A stretch of 64,000 nucleotides of DNA from a virus. Below, one piece after another: positions 57,201 to 64,000 of the stretch. The stretch spans positions 7,424 through 71,423 of the IMG/VR virus record IMGVR_UViG_3300044568_004476; one strand, written 5' to 3'. Below the pieces are notes generated by a model, which worked only from the letters and a program-made list of their open reading frames with translations, made no database searches and was not told the DNA's origin. Made by a program: the position numbers and the translations under genes. The first letter of the stretch is position 1; every line of letters begins with the position of its first letter.

Positions 57201-58231
57201 ATTCTGGATATTATATAAATACGGTAATTGGAGATTATGGACAAGGTCTAACCGGAAGCTATTTTTTCAATCAGATAGTTCTTGGATCTACCGGAGAAAA
57301 TTATCTTTACACTGCAGAAATAACGGATCAGGGTACGGTTAAGAATATATTCTCAAACGGTACGGGTGTACTTGATAGAGAGACTGAAATTCTTTATTTT
57401 GATAAATTTGATAATAATCAGTTTATTTCATCCTATAAAATAAACACCCCAGGTTTAACTGGTTATAACGTTGCATTACTAAAAACAAACAATTTGGGTA
57501 AAAATCTTGATCTAGAAAATCTTGGTCTATTCAGTGGAGATATAACATTCGTTAAAGATAGCGGATCAAATTTATTTTTATCAGGTATAAATCTTAGCGG
57601 AACTACAGGGGGAACTGGAAGTTTTGTTTACTTTGGTGCTACCGGGGGATTTAGTACATTAATAGAACAATATAAGCCTGAACTTGGTATAAATTTAGGA
57701 AATATAATATCCAGACCCGGATCTGGAGCTTGGACATGGTGCGATGTTCATGCAACAGATAATTATATGGAGATACCGTTATTATCTACCGTTGTATTTA
57801 ATAATTATGCATCAAATATCTATGGTAAGAAAAACAACAAATGGATATTAAGTAATTCAGAAACTGGCGACGAGCTTCTTAATATAAAAGGAAGTCCATA
57901 CTTTATCTACACTTTTGTAAATCCTGGATATTATACAATATACAATCAGGTAGAGGATTCTGCAGGAAACGTATATGAAGTTTCTAAGGCCGGATTTATA
58001 AAAGTTATAAATCACAAGGATAAAAGATCTGATGATATGCGCCCAGATTTCGTTGATTCTAGTGATTACGGATATCCTAATCCTCCCTTACTTGCAAGAG
58101 ATTATAGAGCAATGAGATTAGGTAAGGATCTAATGTACCAAGAAATGGAAATATTAAAAGCTAATCAAGGACAATTCGGATCTGCTATAGTCATTCCTAA
58201 TAATCCAGATTCAACATTCAATAAGGAATAA
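54218..58231 (+). CDS. Large beta-propeller-containing tail/baseplate protein
   Basis: Regulator-propeller-like blades (IISDNVYCLDFDENGNLWIGTDVGLSYFDG; SNSNLVSNDVLSI); C-terminal YTFVNPGYYTI PKD-like segment; many GxTG. Confidence 0.7.
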   Translation: MPNSSLYINQIDLDQEFYVWASGQDVRRFNGLSWEYYDSTNSAVPQVSPYYLDTRCISIDPEDKAWFGVAQGPTSGNASINQVAVFWINTNKVDEGESWTFQALGTFDQPQEVSLIYACPFGDDILAFINPLNGVGGTGASAYTRIKGATGGRLFYHLKETDQWDETIEDYTWPHIYDIETKGYEGKNYFYYMGTAEGLFVVPQGKLQTLTLTNGFKYIQQAKIYNTSTSGIISDNVYCLDFDENGNLWIGTDVGLSYFDGVEFWNYGVTGGPITSVKARDNGHVFYSIGDGELGQGTGLWHFNGTTHTQFQTSNSNLVSNDVLSIEIIGHNTTQEGLVIHENDFWVLGYNNLSLFDYDLPHVYASSKYAGATGWNFTYYTATGGGAPLPKVNKYTWNSPEWMVYDDSYLALKHPGLDPRNLFLTTKLIDIADGRAGEQAYWNNWPIPTFEQDLITESIQSPLWDESISYIAGASGNIGMVNITSSTSQTFLGEKRYYISGNVEPDIYTGGYSVQFGYYSDNTPAILSDIGPSLNSNTASSHNTQNNGKTGFIVSYSESGKVESILPFKGFSTEIQSLCSSEDGLYLYASGTFDKFIEVGEFVWSAYENLSGPTGATGSPIGVTNSMVPGATSGSYAGIGVPSNGTILFNSNWDISVGSTDAVGSGGCDFGFSGITAGYGGNYDDINKVYLNFVDSGSVNRYSTISTVLTGQTIRISEGISTAYYRINQIYSDTDSFGIDITYQSGSTGSVPYTGGTGMNISSYDRYSTVYPYTLYNGTSQPNSKAIFVAKIGRDLGNISSFAGVTGDYNNSVQKSYRINSFRHFVPTLPYPGGTAYTSIDSSKYYVNLAITHEASIPVTFDTLKNAWNRNDDLSTSHSIIGDSSENIFGSYVKLDCDNLALSKVVNSTGTTGGFYIDEIKSANNESGVLLTGQTKRGFSMFGLDISHPSPSDYSSYPFYIIAGPTGNGVTGGIINIGGTSSNSNINKIHSAKDNSGYYINTVIGDYGQGLTGSYFFNQIVLGSTGENYLYTAEITDQGTVKNIFSNGTGVLDRETEILYFDKFDNNQFISSYKINTPGLTGYNVALLKTNNLGKNLDLENLGLFSGDITFVKDSGSNLFLSGINLSGTTGGTGSFVYFGATGGFSTLIEQYKPELGINLGNIISRPGSGAWTWCDVHATDNYMEIPLLSTVVFNNYASNIYGKKNNKWILSNSETGDELLNIKGSPYFIYTFVNPGYYTIYNQVEDSAGNVYEVSKAGFIKVINHKDKRSDDMRPDFVDSSDYGYPNPPLLARDYRAMRLGKDLMYQEMEILKANQGQFGSAIVIPNNPDSTFNKE

Positions 58232-58253
58232 ATCTTCGGATTTATTCCTTATT
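58220..58253. terminator. 15-bp perfect hairpin with cUUCGg loop spanning both convergent stop codons
   Basis: AATAAGGAATAAATC-TTCG-GATTTATTCCTTATT. Confidence 0.8.
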
Positions 58254-59009
58254 TGACCTTAAATTTTTATTGTCCCATTCGTCGAACGTTTCCTCTATCA
58301 ATTTTACTATCGGATCCCTAACTATATCGCTAATACCGAAGTGCATTGTTCCGATGTTATCTTTATCCTGAAATATTTTAACAACCAAGTCAAGAGATGA
58401 TAGCTTTGGATTTTTCATGTCTATCTGTTTAGTGTCTCCAGTGATAATCATTTTGGTATCTGTTCCTATTCTGGTCATAGTAGATCTCATGTTTTTCTGA
58501 GTTATATTCTGGGCTTCATCTACTATTATGATTGCGTTATCTATTGATCTACCTCTTATGAATGCTAGCGGTAATACCTCGATATAACCTTGGTCTAACA
58601 TAATTTGTGTTAATCCCTCTCCTATGATTTTATGGAAGTTGTCAAGAAAAGATATTGTAAAAGGCAACATTTTTTCTTTAAGATCACCTTTAAGAAACCC
58701 TACCTCTTCACCTTCTAAAACTGTTACGCTTTTTACAAGTAGTATTTTCTTAAACCTTTGGTCATTCTTCATAAGCTTTAAAGCTTGAGCACATGCTAAA
58801 TAAGTTTTACCAGTTCCTGCTGGGCCAGCTACGATAGTGATTTTGTTGTCATTTATCAATTCTGATAAATTCTTTTGACTCTCGTTTTTAAATTTGAAAT
58901 CAACCTTTAATTTTTGTAAATCAAATTTAGTTGAGTTGGAAGGTTGATACCCAGGGGGGAAAGTCTCATAAAATTCTTCTTCGGTAATTCTTTTTTTTCT
59001 ATTAGCCAT
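58242..59009 (-). CDS. phoH: PhoH-like ATPase
   Basis: GPAGTGKTYLA, GFLKGDLKEK, LAFIRGRS, IIVDEAQN, TRIG, GDTKQID, DIVRDP; start reassigned to MANRKK. Confidence 0.93.
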   Translation of the reverse strand: MANRKKRITEEEFYETFPPGYQPSNSTKFDLQKLKVDFKFKNESQKNLSELINDNKITIVAGPAGTGKTYLACAQALKLMKNDQRFKKILLVKSVTVLEGEEVGFLKGDLKEKMLPFTISFLDNFHKIIGEGLTQIMLDQGYIEVLPLAFIRGRSIDNAIIIVDEAQNITQKNMRSTMTRIGTDTKMIITGDTKQIDMKNPKLSSLDLVVKIFQDKDNIGTMHFGISDIVRDPIVKLIEETFDEWDNKNLRSNKE

Positions 59010-59066
59010 ATTATATTTATTTTTTTGGGTAACCACACAGATTTCACCCAATTATAGTGGTTTTTT

Positions 59067-59183
59067 TTAATTAATAAAATTGTTAATATTTTTTGGTTTT
59101 TTATGGAAATAAAACATTGCTTTTGAACTTAAAGATATATCTTTGGCGTTCATTATGGTAAGTTTGTTTTTGTGTATTGCCAT
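59067..59183 (-). CDS. Possible 38-aa small protein upstream of phoH
   Basis: MAIHKNKLTIMNAKDISLSSKAMFYFHKKPKNINNFIN*, below the ORF-track cutoff; AATATATA box on the - strand at 59209-59216. Confidence 0.3.
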   Translation of the reverse strand: MAIHKNKLTIMNAKDISLSSKAMFYFHKKPKNINNFIN

Positions 59184-59244
59184 ATTTAAGTGTTGTCTGA
59201 GACGTAGATATATATTTCAATTCAAAAAGAAATAAAACAATAAA

Positions 59245-60159
59245 ATGGCAACAGTAAACATTACAGAAATTTTAGGAACTGATTCAATATCAGGCTCAAG
59301 AGTAACAATTAACTCCAACTTTCTAATACTACAGAACTGGATAAACGGATACGTTACGGTTTTCGGGATAGACACAGTAAATGGAATATTAGATCTTAGC
59401 GGGGCATCAACAGGTAAGGTACAGGCAAAGATTGGAGCTTTCGATGCTTTATCAATTCCTTCTACTGGTGTACCAACAGCGTCAGTAAACAATTTAGGTG
59501 CAGCTTCATTCGTAAGCGTACAGTCTACCGATGTAACAGCATCAGGAGCGGTAGTACTAAACGGCACAGTTACCTTAGGAGCATCTTCTATTTTCGTAGC
59601 GGGTGGAACATCCAGCTTTAATGGAGGTCTTAATGCTAATGGAGCATTTACATTAGGTACTCAAGGTCATATAATAAGTTCAAATACAACAACAAAAACA
59701 GGATTAACTGCGGGTTCAGCATTTGTATCAAGCCAATCTGGTATTGGCGGAGGAGGATATTTAACATCACTAAACTCCCCTTATGCAATAACAGGTTTAG
59801 AAGATATTATTTATGCAGACTGTGGTCCAACAGGATTCTATATGAAAGTTGTTGATGGAACATCCCCAGTGGGCGGAACATTACCTAATATTCCACAAGG
59901 AACTAGAGTAACTATTGTCAACACATCAGCGGCAACAGGGTATATCTACACTGGAGTAACAGGAACAACTTCAACTTACTACACCGGATTTAATACCAGT
60001 GCTAATTATGGTGGATATGCTACAGGTGGTATAGTAGTAACTGCTAGTAAAGCTTACCGTTCAGCTGTAACTCTACAATGGGAATCTAGAGTTGGACAGG
60101 GACAAGCAACAGAAAATGGTTCTTGGATCGTTTTATCAGCTAACAACGTAACGGTTTAA
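59245..60159 (+). CDS. Gly/Thr/Ser-rich structural (fibre-like) protein
   Basis: ILGTDSISGSRVTINSNF N-terminus typical of phage fibre attachment segments; GATATATA at 59207. Confidence 0.7.
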   Translation: MATVNITEILGTDSISGSRVTINSNFLILQNWINGYVTVFGIDTVNGILDLSGASTGKVQAKIGAFDALSIPSTGVPTASVNNLGAASFVSVQSTDVTASGAVVLNGTVTLGASSIFVAGGTSSFNGGLNANGAFTLGTQGHIISSNTTTKTGLTAGSAFVSSQSGIGGGGYLTSLNSPYAITGLEDIIYADCGPTGFYMKVVDGTSPVGGTLPNIPQGTRVTIVNTSAATGYIYTGVTGTTSTYYTGFNTSANYGGYATGGIVVTASKAYRSAVTLQWESRVGQGQATENGSWIVLSANNVTV

Positions 60160-60182
60160 TAGAATAAAAATAAAAAAAATTA

Positions 60183-62387
60183 ATGGCAAAAACACCTTTT
60201 GTGCGGCCTTTACAAGTACAAGGCGGGACATTCTACACATTTTCCTCCTCTGCGGAAGACCTATCGTTCACTTTCAATAACTCTGATAGTAAATTCAGAT
60301 TTTCTAAGTTTGCTTTATTGAACATTCCTAATATAGATAATAGTTCATCTAGCCAAACTAACTACGTAAGATTAAACGGTCCCGACAGCGCATTCCTTGA
60401 TTGGGCTAATAGCACTCAGCAAATTATAACTGGTGATGCAAATATAGATTTTTCTCAAAGTTTTCAGAGCTACTGCTTAAATATAGAGTCTACCATAACA
60501 GGTGACGATCAATACGATTCTTCTCTGAAGCAAAATATTTCAGAAAGAATATTTTTTAAATGGCTAAAGGAAATAGGAGCGATTAGATATTCAGCAGCTG
60601 ATTCAACTGAGGTTTCCCCTGCATTGGATCAGAATACTGTTACTATCGTCAATGACGTTCCTATAACTCAGAAAAGATACGTGGAAGGTGACGCAGCTTA
60701 CGGAACTACGGGGGCTTATGGAATGACAGGAGCCCCGTATAATAGAGTTGTCCAGTATGTTGGTAATCTAGATATAGTTAACTCTGTAAAGAATTCAACA
60801 AACGCATATTCTGAGGTTTATGTTTACGTTCCAACTAAGGACGGAAATACGCCATATGTTTTATTTAAGAACGTAACTGATAAGAATTATTATCCAGATT
60901 ACCAATGGACTAATAATCCAAGTAATCCTTTAAATGATGAATATCTATTTAGTAGAAACTATGATGAGACAAATCCTAGCGGATTAACTACATTAGCAAT
61001 TTTTGATGATGATGTTTTAGGTTCACCTACTGCCAGTTATTATGACACTGGGGTAAATGCATCTTCAGTAGCAGGAAATTGGTATTCGCCAAGAGACACT
61101 GCAAACACTTATTTTTCTGATTCAATCTTTACTGATCCATCCAACTATATCCTTACCAAAACAGATAACTCAAACACTCTAGTTTATACAAGAAGCAAAT
61201 TGGATTCAGTTGGTATTGATTTCGATCCTAACTCTTATCAACAGATATTAACTAATGCTAGTATTTCTACACTAGAAGAGTTTAATTCCACCGCAGACGC
61301 AGCAGACTTTGAGTTTAACTCAGTATTGATTTACTATGATGTATACGATCCGGCAGAACCTGCTACCTCCGCTACGAATTTATATGGTGTTTTATTCTTA
61401 GATGATGTAAATAGTGAAGGTGGGGACATTTACATTCCTAGATTAAAGAAATATAGGCCCAATCCAGTAACAAGATTAAACGGGAATTCATATGGCTTTA
61501 AACTTAATCTTAAATTCGATACTGACGTCGACCAGACGGGGGTAGAGCAGGCAATTAATGACTATTCTCCATTCTCTCTTTCGATGTTTATGGATGCTAT
61601 GAATGTTCTGCAAGATGCAAGTTCAACACTAAATAATGCTTCTTCAGATTTCATAGAGCTAAGCAACAGGGTAACTAACTTAGAGAATATAACACTAAGC
61701 AGTCCTACTGCTATTAATATGGACAGAAGAATAGAAAGCATAGAACAAACATTAGCTGCAAACCAGGCTTTATTCAACAATACACAGTCTATAATGGGAC
61801 TTATTGATCAGAATTATGATTTAGTAAGATCTATATTAAATAATCAAACTAGCGTTGAAATATCATATGATCTTGACTTAGTTAAACAAGGATCTGGTAT
61901 TATAGTAGACAGAAGCGTACCCAATCAGCTTTCTGTAATAAATGCAGTTCAAGATTTTAATATTTCGAATACCCAAAGTAAAGGAACATTAACTCAAAGC
62001 GGACTGAATGAAATCCCTTTAATTAACTACTCTAATTATTTCAAACACGTTAATAATAGCACACCTTTAACTCTAACAGGTGATTTAACAATAAGATTAA
62101 AAGACAGTTCTAATGCTAGATGGAAATTGGGACAAAGATTTAGAATATCTTTTGGAGATCAGGTATACCCAGGTAGTTTTATAATAAATATATTAACTAA
62201 TGCTGATGGATTATATCCATTAAGCAATCCTTCTGGAGTTCCTTATTCTACATTGATAGTTTCGCTTGATGATAGCGCATTTTCTGTGTATGATTATATG
62301 CCAGTTTTTGAAATCGTTTGTATCGATGAGAAGAATTTAAAATTCCAAGTAGATATAGTAGGAAAAAGTTTAACAAACAACCAATAA
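60183..62387 (+). CDS. Structural protein (baseplate/tail), function unknown
   Basis: 734 aa; FEFNSVLIYYD...NLYGVLFLD; coiled-coil segment; in a late operon. Confidence 0.65.
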   Translation: MAKTPFVRPLQVQGGTFYTFSSSAEDLSFTFNNSDSKFRFSKFALLNIPNIDNSSSSQTNYVRLNGPDSAFLDWANSTQQIITGDANIDFSQSFQSYCLNIESTITGDDQYDSSLKQNISERIFFKWLKEIGAIRYSAADSTEVSPALDQNTVTIVNDVPITQKRYVEGDAAYGTTGAYGMTGAPYNRVVQYVGNLDIVNSVKNSTNAYSEVYVYVPTKDGNTPYVLFKNVTDKNYYPDYQWTNNPSNPLNDEYLFSRNYDETNPSGLTTLAIFDDDVLGSPTASYYDTGVNASSVAGNWYSPRDTANTYFSDSIFTDPSNYILTKTDNSNTLVYTRSKLDSVGIDFDPNSYQQILTNASISTLEEFNSTADAADFEFNSVLIYYDVYDPAEPATSATNLYGVLFLDDVNSEGGDIYIPRLKKYRPNPVTRLNGNSYGFKLNLKFDTDVDQTGVEQAINDYSPFSLSMFMDAMNVLQDASSTLNNASSDFIELSNRVTNLENITLSSPTAINMDRRIESIEQTLAANQALFNNTQSIMGLIDQNYDLVRSILNNQTSVEISYDLDLVKQGSGIIVDRSVPNQLSVINAVQDFNISNTQSKGTLTQSGLNEIPLINYSNYFKHVNNSTPLTLTGDLTIRLKDSSNARWKLGQRFRISFGDQVYPGSFIINILTNADGLYPLSNPSGVPYSTLIVSLDDSAFSVYDYMPVFEIVCIDEKNLKFQVDIVGKSLTNNQ

Positions 62388-62401
62388 TATTAAAAAATTA
62401 A

Positions 62402-64000
62402 ATGGCAGGCACACAAAATTCAATAAGTTCATTAGTAGCTCAGTTTCTGAGGCTCCAAAGAAATTCATTAGAAATTATAAATGGATTAAACGAGGTTGCA
62501 GTATCTACTAATAACACGGTCACGATAGAATACCTTGATGAACAAGGCTTACCCCGCAATCAAAATATTCCTTCTTATGGATTTTTAAGAGGAGAAATAC
62601 AAAGAATTGATAACAACATACAGGCTTTAGCTGGTATTAGCGATTCATCCGCAACTGTCAGGAATCCAGATGGTACATACAGTCAGGTCTATAAAAGCGA
62701 ACCTTTAAAAGAGCCAGCTAGATTAACAAACTTAGCGGTACCCAGTACATTCGATGTTAAGGATAATTGGTTTTTCGAAAGCTTCCTCACCCCCCTTTTA
62801 TACATAAACGTAAATGTAACAGGACAAGTTCCTGATGCAGCAGATAGAATAGTAGTTAAGAGAATAATCGCTAACACTACAACTGATGCACAGAAAAACT
62901 ATTTCGATACTAGCTTAAGTGGAAGAAATGATCTTTCTTATGACCAATTCATCCAGGATTTAAGTGATAACGGTATTGGCTATTTTGTAGATGAAGCAAT
63001 CGAGCAGCTTCCACTTAGAACAATAAGATTTGTTGGAGGATTTAGTGTAACTAGTTTCTATGATGATCTAGTTACTACAACAGATGCATCGGGGAATCAA
63101 TTTCAGGAAACTAGAAGAAACTATAAATTAGATAAGCTCACTTATACCGACACACTTAGTACATTTATTGACGGTAGATCTCTTAATATAGGTGATAAAA
63201 TTTCTACAGAGGACGGAACCCAATACCAAGTAACAGAGGTTAATAAGGATCAATCATCAATTCAAGCTAAAAGGGTTTCAGGATATCAGCCTATTATGAT
63301 TGGAAAAACTCTTTCTATAGCATCGACAGATTTTGGTCCTAGATATGCCCAGGTTAACATAGGATATAATGAAAGACAAGGAATTTTCTTTAAAGCCATA
63401 GATGATAACTTTAATATTGTCGGAGCAGTTTGGTCAACAGGAATAGTATTTTGGAGCAATGAGCTTCAGACCAAAAATTCTAGCGGCACAGTAGTAAATT
63501 TAGAAACCTATTATTTAAGTGAGGTATCTGATTTAGGTAAGATATTTCTAGGGGCGGCAAAAGAAAATAAAGTTCCAGCTATTGAAGGTTTAGTTCCAAC
63601 CGCACCTACTATTGCTCAGTCCAATTTCAAAGTAATACAGGTAAACAAACAGATAACTGATTCGACCCCAATAAAAGTTGTTAATGACAAGTTAGCAATG
63701 AAGTCTTCGATAAAGAGCGAAATAAATCAGTTAGATGATGCTATTAATCAATCTAAGCTTCAATTAAATACTGGGCTTTCTTTTATAAATGAAGGATCCT
63801 TACAGTTAACGGACGTAAATTCTAGCCCTATATTAGGATCTAATTTAAGCCCGGTTAGTGTAATCGGACAAAAAACAACACCTATTGGTGTTAATATACA
63901 GGCGGTTCAGGCAAACCTAAGCTCATTAATACAGGAGAGAGTTAAGAAGGTGGAACTTTATGCATCTCTAGTCTCGGAGGTTAAAACTTTAAGCGTGGAT
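62402..64000 (+). CDS. Large structural protein, 3'-truncated by window edge
   Basis: ATG 62402 begins MAGTQNSISSLVAQFLRLQRNSLEIING; appears to run to the window end (I translated only the first part by hand); absent from the ORF track, consistent with no in-window stop. Confidence 0.75.
   Translation, partial: MAGTQNSISSLVAQFLRLQRNSLEIINGLNEVAVSTNNTVTIEYLDEQGLPRNQNIPSYGFLRGEIQRIDNNIQALAGISDSSATVRNPDGTYSQVYKSEPLKEPARLTNLAVPSTFDVKDNWFFESFLTPLLYINVNVTGQVPDAADRIVVKRIIANTTTDAQKNYFDTSLSGRNDLSYDQFIQDLSDNGIGYFVDEAIEQLPLRTIRFVGGFSVTSFYDDLVTTTDASGNQFQETRRNYKLDKLTYTDTLSTFIDGRSLNIGDKISTEDGTQYQVTEVNKDQSSIQAKRVSGYQPIMIGKTLSIASTDFGPRYAQVNIGYNERQGIFFKAIDDNFNIVGAVWSTGIVFWSNELQTKNSSGTVVNLETYYLSEVSDLGKIFLGAAKENKVPAIEGLVPTAPTIAQSNFKVIQVNKQITDSTPIKVVNDKLAMKSSIKSEINQLDDAINQSKLQLNTGLSFINEGSLQLTDVNSSPILGSNLSPVSVIGQKTTPIGVNIQAVQANLSSLIQERVKKVELYASLVSEVKTLSVD

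Noticed and set aside
1370-62877. Numerous 60-140 aa antisense or alternate-frame ORFs in the ORF track (e.g. 2732-3073, 21585-21974, 34711-35097, 38993-39358)
   Set aside because: They lie within well-supported genes, have shadow-like S/L/F-rich composition and lack promoter boxes.
1-64000. Alternative genetic code (TAG or TGA recoding as in Lak and some crAss-like phages)
   Set aside because: Standard-code ORFs tile the window densely with full-length conserved proteins, and TAG/TGA fall at plausible gene ends.

Overview
The whole window is part of a large AT-rich T4-like jumbo/huge myophage genome in the standard genetic code, with genes almost all on the + strand. The host is most likely Bacteroidota: there are TAnnTTTG promoter boxes, A-rich starts without Shine-Dalgarno sequences, and an S1 protein with a Bacteroidota-like 'EDFNW' N-terminus. 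Gene order: late sigma gp55 (partial), gp4, gp2, two tandem portal paralogs; a replication/repair block (DNA ligase, clamp loader, guanylate kinase, RNase H, degenerate UvsE, exonuclease); a head module (protease-scaffold fusion with 13 x 14-aa repeats, major capsid, homing endonuclease) flanked by about ten hypothetical proteins sharing an N-terminal 'I/L-x-x-F/Y-x-x-F/Y...(I/L)NE' leader; a kinase + AsnB islet; a Nudix operon; a baseplate/neck module interrupted by ribosomal protein S1 and a degenerate amidoligase; large tail/baseplate proteins rich in G-x-T-G; and phoH. Three promoter classes can be read from the intergenic DNA. The most notable observations are the putative capsid-targeting leader family, the duplicated portal with identical C-termini, a synonymous codon shift in the capsid 3' end next to the homing endonuclease, and G-x-T-G enrichment as a possible virion glycosylation signal. 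Product calls rest on recalled family motifs and synteny; no database search was run.
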